Origin: Octopus bimaculoides
Lineage: Eukaryota
DNA length: 56,874 nucleotides
Direction of reading: 5' to 3'
NCBI RefSeq assembly: GCF_001194135.2
Contig: NC_068982.1
Coordinates: forward strand, 172,041,368-172,098,241
Under the pieces are notes generated by a model. It saw only the letters and a program-made list of their open reading frames with translations, was not told the origin of the DNA and did no database searches. Each line of letters starts with the position of its first letter. Positions within the stretch are counted from its first letter, which is position 1. This document shows positions 26,570 to 39,804 of the stretch, in pieces. Both the position numbers and the translations under genes were made by a program.

Positions 26570-28469
26570 NNNNNNNNNNNNNNNNNNNNNNNNNNNNNNN
26601 NNNNNNNNNNNNNNNNNNNNNNNNNNNNNNNNNNNNNNNNNNNNNNNNNNNNNNNNNNNNNNNNNNNNNNNNNNNNNNNNNNNNNNNNNNNNNNNNNNNN
26701 NNNNNNNNNNNNNNNNNNNNNNNNNNNNNNNNNNNNNNNNNNNNNNNNNNNNNNNNNNNNNNNNNNNNNNNNNNNNNNNNNNNNNNNNNNNNNNNNNNNN
26801 NNNNNNNNNNNNNNNNNNNNNNNNNNNNNNNNNNNNNNNNNNNNNNNNNNNNNNNNNNNNNNNNNNNNNNNNNNNNNNNNNNNNNNNNNNNNNNNNNNNN
26901 NNNNNNNNNNNNNNNNNNNNNNNNNNNNNNNNNNNNNNNNNNNNNNNNNNNNNNNNNNNNNNNNNNNNNNNNNNNNNNNNNNNNNNNNNNNNNNNNNNNN
27001 NNNNNNNNNNNNNNNNNNNNNNNNNNNNNNNNNNNNNNNNNNNNNNNNNNNNNNNNNNNNNNNNNNNNNNNNNNNNNNNNNNNNNNNNNNNNNNNNNNNN
27101 TATATACATGCATACATACATACATATACATATATATATATAGAAAAATATATACATATATACATGCATACATACATACATATACATATATATGTATCTA
27201 TCAACGCCACACACGTATAAAATAGAAATAATCTACTCATATGACATTAACTAGCCATTAGTGAAGTACATTTTGACGTTAGTCAATCGGTAACGCACAA
27301 TATCAATGATTTGTGTTTAACAGAAATACACGAAAAGAAAAGCAAAAGAGAAAAAAAAATGTGATGCTCTTTCGAATTTTTCAGACCTCACTTTTGACAA
27401 TGAATGTTCAAAGCTGAAAACGTCAGAAATGACTGGAAGGTTTATGCAAGCCGATGATCTCTAAATAGGATGACCTAACTACACGGTTGTTGCAATTGTT
27501 TGCTGTCACTGCAAACTAAGCAAATCTGTGATGAACTTCGTCCCACTTATGCCAATTGTGTCCTCTCGGACATTGCATATCTAGAACTATATTTTCCAAA
27601 GCTCTCTCCGTCTGCAAGATAGCAGATTGTAATATGGAGGAGATGTGGTGACTATTTCTATGCAAGTCGTGCGACCGCGTAGAGGCATTCTCGTGGGTTC
27701 GACAGAAAAACTGTTGTTCGATTTAGTTTTTCTGCTTAATCCATGTCAGCTCTCATTCAGCACTAAGAAACGCGACCTTACTGTTTTTCTTTTTGTTTCT
27801 ATTTTTGTTTTGCATTTCTTTTTAGATATAATGTATATGAAACTGCCTTATCCATTTAGTCCTTCGTTTTGAACATGATATGCAGCGACTTGGAAGACGA
27901 TTGCCTGCTATTTCTATAAGATCGCCAAACACGCAGAGCCTTGAAACCACATGTGTTAAGATAGCAAAAATGAAATGAAAAGTTATCTAATCGCTGATGC
28001 ATATAAAACGATGGTTTCGATAGTCAGATACAANNNNNNNNNNNNNNNNNNNNNNNNNNNNNNNNNNNNNNNNNNNNNNNNNNNNNNNNNNNNNNNNNNN
28101 NNNNNNNNNNNNNNNNNNNNNNNNNNNNNNNNNNNNNNNNNNNNNNNNNNNNNNNNNNNNNNNNNNNNNNNNNNNNNNNNNNNNNNNNNNNNNNNNNNNN
28201 NNNNNNNNNNNNNNNNNNNNNNNNNNNNNNNNNNNNNNNNNNNNNNNNNNNNNNNNNNNNNNNNNNNNNNNNNNNNNNNNNNNNNNNNNNNNAGGGATGG
28301 AGGGAGGGAGATGGATTAGGTGTGTTGTTGCAATGCTGTTAATCTCTCATGAGATGTATAATGAAGGAGACTTAAGGTTATGGTAATTAAAATGACATGC
28401 TAGCTTCTTCTTCTCCTCCACTGCATTGCTTCTCCTTCTCCTCTTGGCCCTTCCTGCAATTAGCATCAT

Positions 28470-28487
28470 CACCACATCAATCATCAC

Positions 28488-28551
<64 letters not shown>

Positions 28552-28570
28552 GTTATCGTCGTCGTCGTCG
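28470..28570. repeat. (ATC)n microsatellite
   Basis: Read directly. Confidence 0.95.
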
Positions 28571-28988
28571 TTAGTGAGGTTATCGTCTTCGTCATCCTGA
28601 TGTGTGTTTCAAGCTGCCAACAATAATCATTATCAACATCGTAATTAATATCCTTATCATCACTTGTTTCACGCCGGTTGCATTTGTGGACATCATCAAT
28701 GTCTTTCTGGTTGTTTCTACTGCTGTTACTCTGCTGCTAAATTTGCTGTTGATGCATTCATTTTTAATGTTTTATATTCTTTAATCCGACGTCAGTTCTG
28801 AACAGAACAGACCTATGATTCAAAATGTTCCAGCCCTGATTAACCGGTCTTCATTTTAAGACCGTATTGCGTGACTTGAGAGTCATGTGGTTATTACTTC
28901 AGGTTGCTCAAGCAATAGCATAAAGACATTCTCGTTAACAATATACATGCACATATATAAATACAACACACGCATACACATACATACA

Positions 28989-29021
<33 letters not shown>

Positions 29022-29703
29022 GTATATATATATATATATATATNNNNNNNNNNNNNNNNNNNNNNNNNNNNNNNNNNNNNNNNNNNNNNNNNNNNNNNNN
29101 NNNNNNNNNNNNNNNNNNNNNNNNNNNNNNNNNNNNNNNNNNNNNNNNNNNNNNNNNNNNNNNNNNNNNNNNNNNNNNNNNNNNNNNNNNNNNNNNNNNN
29201 NNNNNNNNNNNNNNNNNNNNNNNNNNNNNNNNNNNNNNNNNNNNNNNNNNNNNNNNNNNNNNNNNNNNNNNNNNNNNNNNNNNNNNNNNNNNNNNNNNNN
29301 NNNNNNNNNNNNNNNNNNNNNNNNNNNNNNNNNNNNNNNNNNNNNNNNNNNNNNNNNNNNNNNNNNNNNNNNNNNNNNNNNNNNNNNNNNNNNNNNNNNN
29401 NNNNNNNNNNNNNNNNNNNNNNNNNNNNNNNNNNNNNNNNNNNNNNNNNNNNNNNNNNNNNNNNNNNNNNNNNNNNNNNNNNNNNNNNNNNNNNNNNNNN
29501 NNNNNNNNNNNNNNNNNNNNNNNNNNNNNNNNNNNNNNNNNNNNNNNNNNNNNNNNNNNNNNNNNNNNNNNNNNNNNNNNNNNNNNNNNNNNNNNNNNNN
29601 NNNNNNNNNNNNNNNNNNNNNNNNNNNNNNNNNNNNNNNNNNNNNNNNNNNNNNNNNNNNNNNNNACAGGCAGGCAGGCAGACAGACAGGCAGACAGACA
29701 GGC

Positions 29704-29754
<51 letters not shown>

Positions 29755-30199
29755 TAGATAGATAGATAGAAGTCTGACTTTTCTCTAGTTTTTATCCTTC
29801 ATTTGTTTTATTGTTTGTTTTGAGGGGGTTTTTTTCAATCTTTTCTTGAGTCTTTTAAAATTTAATTTTGTGAATAAAGTTCTCAGGTTCAACAAACTAT
29901 GACCTCCTCCTGATTTCTAAAAAAGGAAAAAATGAAAACCTTGACCTTAACGATAAATTAACTAAAATATACAGCCATCACTAACATATTTTTGTGAATT
30001 TTTTTCTTTTTTTTTTTATCAGAAAGCAAGATCGCGGATGTAACGCAGGTGAGTTAATGATGTTTTTTTAAGTTATTTCACAAAATATAAGGGGATAACA
30101 CGGAGAAATGAAAAGTCCTATAAAAATGTTTTTTTTAAATACCACGCTTACAACTAGATAACAGTTACGTTACCAAATGGCGTTTCTAACATTTAGAAT

Positions 30200-30637
30200 A
30201 AGTACAGAAATTTGGTGCGAAAGGAAAAGTCGATTGTGTCGTCCCCACTAATTGAATGATACCGAATTTTATCGACCCTGGTTGGATTGAAGGAAATTTT
30301 GACCTCATTGGCATTTCAAATCAACGAATGAAAACGGGAAGAAAATACTGCAACGCATTTTACCCCATGTTCTAATGATTCTAAAAACCCACGGCCTTTT
30401 TAATTGTGCATTTGATAATTGTTTCTAATTCAGACACAAGCCCAGAAATTTTACGGGTGAAGATTAATCATTGACATCAACCGCTGCATTTAATTGGTAC
30501 TTTTGTTTCTGGCGGCCCCTGAAGGGATAAAACTCAAAGTAAACCTCAACGCTTTGAGTGCGGAGTGTAAAGAGTTATAAAGTTATATCGCAAGGTATTT
30601 TGTTCGACTCGCTATCAATTCTGCCCGTCCCCCGCTC
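30200..30637 (-). mobile_element. Two old SINE family B copies in tandem
   Basis: Diverged ttttatcgaccc..gaagg and attggtac..gaagggataaa..aaagtaaacctc cores. Confidence 0.5.
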
Positions 30638-30833
30638 TGAGTTGTATTTCTATTAATGATAAAAGCACAAATTCTCTCTCACTCTCTCTTTCTCTCTCTC
30701 CTTCCTTCCCTCTCTCGCTCTCTCTCTCTCTTTCTCTCACACACTTGAGCACTCATAATATAGCTGTGTGTGTATGCGTATGTATGTGTGTGTATGAGTG
30801 TATGTATGTGTTATATGCGTGCTTGCGTGCTTG

Positions 30834-30879
<46 letters not shown>

Positions 30880-31300
30880 TGTGTGTTCCAGCATGTGTTT
30901 TCACGATTCTTGTCATTTTCTTGAGATAATACTTTCATCTTTTATTTGTAGAAAAGTCTTACCTCTCCTGCAGAAGACTTTCTATTGTACATCATCCGCT
31001 ACATTCAAGATGGCGAGGTCATACATTGTTGCCCTTTGTCTAATACGCAATAAGTTCCGAGCTAAGAAATCACTCAAGTTGATTGGTCTCCTAACATAGG
31101 CTAGGATACAAGACTATATCATTTGGCAATGACATTCTGAAAGTGTGAAAGTCTAAAAAATAGAAGATAAGAGAAAAGAATGGCGGATTATTTACTGGAA
31201 AGTAAAAGCTTCAAGTTTTCTTTATATTCTCTTTTTCTTTCTCTCTTTTCTTCTCCCTCTTTCTTTCTCTTTCTCTCTCCCTTCCCTCTCTCATTCTGTA

Positions 31301-31349
<49 letters not shown>

Positions 31350-32151
31350 NNNNNNNNNNNNNNNNNNNNNNNNNNNNNNNNNNNNNNNNNNNNNNNNNNN
31401 NNNNNNNNNNNNNNNNNNNNNNNNNNNNNNNNNNNNNNNNNNNNNNNNNNNNNNNNNNNNNNNNNNNNNNNNNNNNNNNNNNNNNNNNNNNNNNNNNNNN
31501 NNNNNNNNNNNNNNNNNNNNNNNNNNNNNNNNNNNNNNNNNNNNNNNNNNNNNNNNNNNNNNNNNNNNNNNNNNNNNNNNNNNNNNNNNNNNNNNNNNNN
31601 NNNNNNNNNNNNNNNNNNNNNNNNNNNNNNNNNNNNNNNNNNNNNNNNNNNNNNNNNNNNNNNNNNNNNNNNNNNNNNNNNNNNNNNNNNNNNNNNNNNN
31701 NNNNNNNNNNNNNNNNNNNNNNNNNNNNNNNNNNNNNNNNNNNNNNNNNNNNNNNNNNNNNNNNNNNNNNNNNNNNNNNNNNNNNNNNNNNNNNNNNNNN
31801 NNNNNNNNNNNNNNNNNNNNNNNNNNNNNNNNNNNNNNNNNNNNNNNNNNNNNNNNNNNNNNNNNNNNNNNNNNNNNNNNNNNNNNNNNNNNNNNNNNNN
31901 NNNNNNNNNNNNNNNNNNNNNNNNNNNNNNNNNNNNNNNNNNNNNNNNNNNNNNNNNNNNNNNNNNNNNNNNNNNNNNNNNNNNNNNNNNNNNNNNNNNN
32001 NNNNNNNNNNNNNNNNNNNNNNNNNNNNNNNNNNNNNNNNNNNNNNNNNNNNNNNNNNNNNNNNNNNNNNNNNNNNNNNNNNNNNNNNNNNNNNNNNNNN
32101 NNNNNNNNNNNNNNNNNNNNNNNNNNNNNNNNNNNNNNNNNNNNNNNNNNN

Positions 32152-32258
32152 TGGAGGCTATAGTAGAAGACAGTTGCACAATGTGCCACGCAGTGAGCCT
32201 GAACCCAGAACCATGTGGTTGGTAAGGAAGCTACTTACCACACAGACACTGCTGCGCA
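32152..32258 (-). mobile_element. SINE family A head next to gap
   Basis: ggctatagtagaagac..gctacttaccacacag. Confidence 0.85.
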
Positions 32259-32849
32259 TATTTATATCCAAGTAAGCGCGTTTGTTTTGATAGAGATTGT
32301 GTTGAAACTCAAATGATTGCAGCGTGGAAGATAGAAGTCAGCCCTTTCAAAATTCACACACTGTTAACTTCACTTAAACACTCTTGTCTTTTGGGTTTTC
32401 TTTTTTTTTTTTTTTTGGTAATATGGTATCAAATTGTTTTGTTTTTTTTCACTCGAAACTGCAGCCCAGTGGTTACTGACAAACGTGTGCTGCGTCTAAA
32501 AATAATATTGGCAAAATATAATGAGTATTGCCTCGATAAACGACTTAATTTGTTCCCCGAGGCCACTCGTAAAGCTGAGCGATAATTTCCCATAGAAGCA
32601 ATGTTATAAATCGTATTTCATTTCCAGAAAAATATTTTGCCTATGAAATTTACAATTCTAGTATATAAATGTCAATAAATCAAAAGTAAAGAACATTTTA
32701 TGTAAAATGAGAAGTATGTCAAGATCATTTATAATATTAAATGTTATTATTATAATCGTTTTCTGAATCACTTTCATTCGATATAGTCAGCGTAATATCG
32801 CAGGAAACCTTGGGATCCCGCTTCCTACAGTTAATAGAGTGATTGTATA

Positions 32850-33480
32850 ATTCACTAGAGAGGGGAAGGAATTCACATCACTTTGTCCAGATCAACCAGG
32901 GCCCTCTGACAGGACCCTTCTCTTTGCTAAGAGAAGTGTGGAAGATAATACTCGTTGCAAGACCTCTGACATAGCAGAGCAAGTTAAAGTCAGTCCCAGA
33001 GCAGCTGACAGGTATCTCCACAAACTTGGTTAGTATGGCAGAGCAGGAAGAAGGAAGCCACATCTTTGACCAGCCAATATGAAGCAGAGAAAAGATTGGG
33101 CCAGTGAGATGGTAGAGAGGCCGTTAGCATTTTGGGACACTGTCATATTCTCTGATGAGTCCAGATTTGCTGTATTTCCTAACGGTGGTCGAGTGTGGGT
33201 TTGGAGACTATGTGATCAAGAATTTGATGTGAAAAGATTGCAACCAGCAATGAAACACAGCAGCTAATCTGTGATGGTCTGGGGAACAATTTGGAGCAAT
33301 GATTGATCAGAGCTGGTGGAGTGTGAGGGAAAGATAAACGCAAATAAATATGTGTCCATATTGCAGAAACTTCTCCAGTGGTGAAATGATTAAAGAAGAC
33401 TATTTATGGAAGATGGGATTCCTTGTCACACGGTTAAAATGACTGAAGATTTGTTGGAAAAGAATGGCATTGGAAGGCCA
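32850..33480 (+). mobile_element. Tc1-type transposase fragment (pseudogene)
   Basis: RAGRRKPHL, FWDTVIFSDESRF, VWVWR, SVMVWG, KINANKYVSIL, MEDGIPCH; stops present; truncated at a (TACA)n tract before the third catalytic residue. Confidence 0.85.
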
Positions 33481-34452
33481 TAAATACAAACAAACATACA
33501 TACATACATACATACATACATACATACATACATACATACATACATACATACAAACATTCATACTTACTAATTAGTTAGATAGTTAGGGTAAATCCCTGCT
33601 GCTCGCTCTTGAAGCAACTCTACTTATTCCAACGATACAATCCAATATATGGTCATAATTCCTACGGTGTATTATTACTAAATACACACGTAAATCTGAG
33701 AATTATAGAAATATTATTTGAAGAATTGTTGAACAACAAAACAGAAAATTCGACATTTTTCTTTTCTTTTTTCTTTTTTGATATTGTTTATTCACCATGT
33801 GTTTCATATGTTTATAGTAATTTAGCAAACAATAGCGAAAACTTTACAATCTCCTGCCTTTTTATATATGTATATATAAGCATAATACATAAGTGTGCGG
33901 GGGAGTATATGCGCGCGTGCGTCCGCGTGTGCTAATTGCTTGTAGCGACACTGTACATAGTTTTGCAACCATAATATACTACGAAGTATATAAAAATTTT
34001 TATAAGTCAGAACTGTGTCCTCCTTTGTAATAATAGTGCAGTGCATTCATTTTTTTGCAGGACTCAAAATTCCATTAAAAATCTGCAGAGAATGAACACG
34101 TGATTAAGTTTAGCACCTTCTGCATGTTTCCCGCTACGTCAGTGCGTTAGCGTTACGTGACAGTATATTTTGCGTGTAAAACGAAGGCCGACACGGTTGA
34201 GTGAACATATTTAGTTACAATCAAGGAACTCCAAATTTAATCTGTCTGGTGGCAGACTAGATAAGAGTCGTTTGTATGTAGTCCATTGGTTAAAGCTTAC
34301 GTTGTTAGCTGTGTAGGTTTCTCACGTTAAGTGGCAGAATGAGTCCTGTGTGTGAACTGTTATTTGTGTGTGTATTTGTTAAGTTTGGGTTTGTACTTTT
34401 GAACATAGGTAGAGTGGAAAGACCTGGAATTTAGGGGAATTATTCTTTGCAT

Positions 34453-34578
34453 AGGAGTGGGTGTGTGGTAAGTAGCTTGCCTACCAACTACATGGTTCCG
34501 GATTCAGTCCCACTGCATGGCACCTTGGGCAAGTGTCTTCTACTATAGCTTCGGGCCGACCAAGACCTTCCCAATATA
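34453..34578 (+). mobile_element. SINE family A head next to gap
   Basis: A-box gtgtggtaag, B-box ggattcagtccc. Confidence 0.88.
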
Positions 34579-34784
34579 NNNNNNNNNNNNNNNNNNNNNN
34601 NNNNNNNNNNNNNNNNNNNNNNNNNNNNNNNNNNNNNNNNNNNNNNNNNNNNNNNNNNNNNNNNNNNNNNNNAACTGGAAGCATATTTTAATAAAGATTT
34701 CTTCTAACCGGTTTTCATTGCGAAAAGCAAATTATCAAGAAGAAGGAGAATGAAAATGTTTTTTTACAAAGAAGTACAAAATGA

Positions 34785-34900
34785 AGAAAATAATATATAA
34801 AACAATAATATATAAAAAAAAATAATATATAAAAAAATAAGGAAAATAATATATAAAACAATAATATATAAAAAAATATATAAAACAATAATATATATAC
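34785..34900. repeat. AT-rich ~14-16-bp minisatellite (aataatatataaaa)
   Basis: Read directly. Confidence 0.8.
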
Positions 34901-35845
34901 ATATATGTTCATTGTAAACTGTGGGAATGACTACACTCAACACCACTGAAATGAGATACGACATTGTAAATAGCGATTTGGATTAGAATATTAAGGAAAA
35001 GAACAGGATCCTGAAATGGATTCTAATCACATTACAATCACTTAACGGCCAACCGCATTGCTTAGCATACCAAAATACACCAACCACTGACGCGTTAAGT
35101 AAAACCACACAGCTCAGCTTCTCTTCAATTTTTCTTTTTTTTTTTTTTTTTTTTTTTTGTCAGATAATTCTACAGCTCCAGAAACAAGCATTCCATTCTT
35201 ACAAAGCAGACTTTCACACTTTAATCCAATATTTATCACAAGAATTTGCCTCAAATATACAAACGACGGTGGACGACTAAGACTTTATTAACACTTGAAG
35301 GCCGATTAAGACAGAAACAGAACATGGATGAGGTTTAAAACACACCTTAGGTTAGCCGAATGACTATTTAGCCATTTACGCTATATAATGCCTGTCACTG
35401 CTTTATTTAAATATTATAAATATTACTGACATAAAGTAAAACTTTTTTACCTTCACATGTTTCCCACTTACTTTGCAGACAATTTGTCAGCCACTCAGTT
35501 CCAGTGAATAAGCATTCTAACAACGAAGTATTACTTTAAGGAGATTTAGCAGCATGTATACGAACAAATTTTTAATTAACAGCCAAAATTTGATATAAAT
35601 TAGATAGAAAATTACAAGTACTGCCAACATGTGTATATATATGCGCACACACGTGTGTGTGTTTATAATTCAATCGGCTGTAATCCAACGTTGGTAAATT
35701 CTGTTAGTTTCCGTTGCAGTGAGACCTGTTCACTTTTTTCTTCTTCACCTGCTCCCAATTTTTATTTTCCGACGCACACACTGAGCAAGTCTCCTGATGG
35801 GGTGAGCATCGTGGTCTCTAGAAGCAGTGCTCTGCAACCTTATTT

Positions 35846-35940
35846 CACTTGCGCTACACTTGCGTTACACTTGCGTTACACTTGCGCTACACTTGCGCTA
35901 CACTTGCGCTACACTTGCGCTACACTTGCGCTACACTTGC
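35846..35940. repeat. 11-bp minisatellite (cacttgcgcta) x8.6
   Basis: Counted directly; units 2-3 carry a c>t variant. Confidence 0.95.
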
Positions 35941-35993
35941 ATTCTTTTCAAAATTCGACGGCACACCTGAACTAATAATATAACTAAATGGTA

Positions 35994-36199
35994 TTCTTTT
36001 CCTTGTTTCAGTCATTTGACGGCGGCCATGCTGGAGCAACGCTTTTAGTCGAAGAAGTCGACCCCAGGACTTATTCTTTGTAAGCCTTGCACTTACCCTA
36101 TAGGTCTCTTTTGCCAAACCGTTATGAGGACGTATACACACCAACATCGGTTGTCAAGCGATGGAGTGGGGGACAAACACAGACACAGAGATACACACA
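35994..36199 (-). mobile_element. SINE family A tail half nested in hAT MITE
   Basis: Tail consensus match; absent from sibling MITE at 49715. Confidence 0.88.
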
Positions 36200-36351
36200 G
36201 GGAAAGGAATTATATTCAGGTTACACTTCGGCACACCTAGCATTGTCTCGTGGCACACCAGTGCACCGCGGCACACCGGTTGCGGAGCACTGGTTTAGAG
36301 TACCAATTCTGATCTACGAAATTTCGTGGCTTGCTGTCAACAGATATTATC

Positions 36352-36556
36352 AGGTGGCGAGCTGGCAGAATCGTTAGCACGCCGGGTAAAATGCTTAACA
36401 ACTTTACGTTCTGGGTTCAAATTCCACCAAGTTCGAATTTTGCTTATTATCCTTTCGGTATCGATAAAATCATCCCATTTGAGAACTAAAGTCGATGTAA
36501 TCGACTAGCCCTCTCCTCGAAACTGCTGGCCTTGTGCCAACATTTGAAACCAATAA
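36352..36556 (+). mobile_element. SINE family B
   Basis: ggcgagctggcagaatcgttagcacgccggg..ggccttgtgcc. Confidence 0.85.
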
Positions 36557-36629
36557 GTAGATACTATATATTATTGGATATCGCGTATTGATTTGCCCGG
36601 GGATCTATAATGCTGTTAAAACAGCCCCG

Positions 36630-36860
36630 ATTCTCTGTCTCATACATGCACGTTTTCAAACTCTTGTCACTTATCCGAATAGAAATAGCAACTAAATTTT
36701 CCTCAAATCACCTTCTACTGTCTCAGAAAAAATAAATACACATTAGTTATGGTAACACTAGACTAATTATGACGGAATAAATACGGGATGCTCACGGCTG
36801 GAATGTCTTTGATCATTGATCTGCTGGATCACGGCTGGCTAGGATCTAGAAAAATAACAC
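36630..36860 (+). repeat. Interspersed family E (probable SINE/LINE 3' end); related copies about 17560-17770 (+), 27560-27800 (-), 28790-28860 (-)
   Basis: Shared motifs tagaaatagc..aaat..cctcaaatcac and gctggaa.gt..ttgatcat. Confidence 0.45.
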
Positions 36861-37724
36861 CATCATTATATACAACTGAGTTGTCTTTAGCTTATCGTTT
36901 ATAATTTCCTTTCGTTCGTTCTTTCTTTACGTGCGTACCTCGATCGATTTTAGGTTTGTATGTTTCTGTAATAGTAAGGTGATAATAGTAATGTAGTAGT
37001 TGTAATAGTGCTGATGGTGGGGATGGTAGATGTCTAGCTTAGGTATTAGTCAAAGTGTTGAGTATATTCTACTTCTTCCTAACACCTCACTCTCATCATC
37101 ACAACCCCACCTCACTCACTCACTCAACCACTCACACATACTCTCTCTCCACTCATCCACATTAACTTACAGAGCAATAACTATGATTTCACTGTAGTTT
37201 ATGTCATTGTTCAAAAACCGGTGGTGATGAGGTGGAATAGGCGGGTCTTCCAGCCCACATATCCACTTTTCTCTTTTTCTGTATTATATATTTTTATTTA
37301 TTGGTTTTTCGTATTTGTTTCTCCTTTTATTTTGTTAAATGCTGTTTGATCGACGTCGTGGTGTCTGGTTTTCTCACGGCTATGTAGTTCGCTGATGGCT
37401 AGAAATGCCGTGTACCACTTATTTACGACTTTCATATCACACATGACATATATGCCCACATATATATATGTATATATATGTATGTATGTATATATATATA
37501 TATATATNNNNNNNNNNNNNNNNNNNNNNNNNNNNNNNNNNNNNNNNNNNNNNNNNNNNNNNNNNNNNNNNNNNNNNNNNNNNNNNNNNNNNNNNNNNNN
37601 NNNNNNNNNNNNNNNNNNNNNNNNNNNNNNNNNNNNNNNNNNNNNNNNNNNNNNNNNNNNNNNNNNNNNNNNNNNNNNNNNNNNNNNNNNNNNNNNNNNN
37701 NNNNNNNNNNNNNNNNNNNNNNNN

Positions 37725-37773
<49 letters not shown>

Positions 37774-38534
37774 GTATGTATGTATATATATATATATATA
37801 TGCACACACACATATATATATGTCCATATATACACATATATATATCCATATTTATGTGTATGTATACATATATATATGTATGCATGTATGTATGTTTGTA
37901 TGTATGTATGCGTGAATTTGTTTCTATACATTTATCTATGCGGTTAGCTGTCCACAACCATATATAACCGAATTCGATTTATTTTTAAGTTGAAAAATAT
38001 ATTCTAAGTAAAAAGTCAACGCAATAGTTAATAAGTATATATGTAGGCTGTAAAGGTTCTATAAATACATACTAGCATTTCTTTTTCATTTCTATTTTAA
38101 CTCCCATACTGTGTTGCGAAGGTTACATCTACAAAGCTTGTAAAATGGTTTTAGAGACATCAAATAAAGTAAATATACTAGTAAATATAATAGGTATATA
38201 CTAAACACTCAAGCTCTATACATTGTGTAGTCATCTGAATGTCTGGCAGTTATGATAAAGGGAATATGTTTTTTTGATGAGTTTTTAATAAGACTAAAAC
38301 TTGTTCACCATATTCACCAAAGATCAGACACACTCTTCACTGTATGCTAACGTTCAATTGTTTTTAATTACTGTTAATTGATTTAAATTTCGAAGTGTTA
38401 TCCCTTGCATTTCTTGGATAGATTTTAAAAAAAGAAAAAAAAGAAAAGAAATTCTCTCCAAGAATAAATTACTTCTTTCTAATTTTCGGCCAAAGCTCAG
38501 CAATTTTGAAGGGATTAGTAAGCCAATTACATAG

Positions 38535-38686
38535 ACCCCGGTTTGGTTTCCATCTATCAAATTCCCTTACAAGGTATTGGTTGATCTGAAATTAAAATAA
38601 AAGACACGTGCCCAGATGTCATGCAGTGGGACTGAATCGAGGACCATGTGATTGGGCGGTAAACAACTTACCACAGAGCCACGAGT
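38535..38686 (-). mobile_element. SINE family A head half, diverged
   Basis: gcagtgggactgaatcgaggaccatgtg..cttaccacagagccac. Confidence 0.7.
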
Positions 38687-39024
38687 TTTTCAAGCGCTTC
38701 TCCTAAATTCAAGAATACCATCTTTATATATGATTCGTTGAGGTTTCTCCATGACTCTTTTAAATATATTAGGAAGCGTACTGTGTTTATTCAATTTTCG
38801 TTATTGTTCCCACTATCGAAATGTGTGCGTTTTATACTAAAATTTCCTGTACTTTTTTACACATGTCCCAATGAAAACTGTAAGATTTACTGATGATATG
38901 TTTAGTGAATCTATTGTGTCCCATCAACCCGTTAAATACCGTGGCTACTTTCCTGTCGGAGTTGTAATTCTATTGTTTGTATTATTACCTTGCTCAAGCC
39001 TACGAGCGTTAGGTTATTGAATTA

Positions 39025-39210
39025 GGAAAGGCAGCGAGTTGCTAGACTCGTTAGCGAGTCGGATAGCATGCTCAGTGGTATTTTTTCTAGTCCTTTATGC
39101 CCTAGTTCCAAATTCTGCCGAGGTTGACCTTGCCATTCATCAAGTCGTGATCGATGAAATAAGTTCTAGTAAAATTGCTGACCTTGTACCAAAATTTGAA
39201 AACATTATTG
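39025..39210 (+). mobile_element. SINE family B, diverged/deleted
   Basis: ggcagcgagttg..aaattctgccgaggttgaccttgcc. Confidence 0.7.
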
Positions 39211-39579
39211 AATTATGAACCTATAAGAGAAACTTTATGTAGATCTCAAACAGTATGAGCAAAATTTTATAACAAGAAAGACACACTGGAGGGTAGTGTA
39301 GCATGAGATATCCCATAAAAAGACAAGATGGTCAAGGTTTGGATATTGTTGATTCAAGTCACTGCACGATCGATGTATTATAGAGATCGGGTGTTCAGTA
39401 TATGCCTTTTATACTTGCTATAATAGTTTATTTGATGTTTTTAAAACTACTTTACAAGCTTTGTAGATGTAACCTTCGCAACATAGCATGGGAGTTAAAA
39501 TAGAAATGATAAAGAAATATATTTGGACATTGTCGATCTTAAGACCTAGATGAAAAGGGCGAAATTTCGAGTTCCTCAT

Positions 39580-39790
39580 ATCTTTATCTTTTATCTTTTA
39601 CGTCTTTTAGTGATTAGACTGCGGCCATGTTAGTGCACCACCTTGAAGAATTTCTAGTTGAATGAAACGACCCCAGTGCCTTTTTTAAAGCATGGAACTT
39701 ATTTTGTCGATATCTTTTGCCGAACCGCTACGTTACAAGGGTTATCAAGTGATGGTGTCAAGCGGTGGTGGGAAACACACACACACACAC
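39580..39790 (-). mobile_element. SINE family A tail half
   Basis: gactgcggccatgtt..tcttttgccgaaccgcta. Confidence 0.75.
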
Positions 39791-39804
39791 TCATTCTTGC
39801 TATT

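Larger units (their letters stand above)
35825..36292. mobile_element. hAT MITE containing an 11-bp minisatellite and a nested SINE-A tail
   Basis: TIRs cagtgctctgcaacc / cagtgctccgcaacc (14/15); flanks ctctagaag / gtttagag resemble a degenerate NTCTAGAN target. Confidence 0.75.
38077..39518. repeat. Pair of ~150-bp inverted repeats about 1.15 kb apart (possible TIR element)
   Basis: 38077-38225 vs 39370-39518, core gttgcgaaggttacatctacaaagcttgtaaa identical; no TSD seen. Confidence 0.6.

Noticed and set aside
27530-27740. Met-less minus-strand open frame (..SILQSAILQTERALENIVLDMQCP..)
   Set aside because: Sequence aligns with interspersed family E; no convincing donor.
30963-31140. Strong minus-strand donor (gagag|gtaaga) with upstream acceptor-like sites
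   Set aside because: All three frames contain stops for the stronger acceptors; could be a non-coding or very short exon but unsupported.
35164-35280. Plus-strand acceptor after a long poly-T followed by two open frames
   Set aside because: No good donor, opposite strand to the supported exons, no recognisable homology; poly-T tracts are common here.
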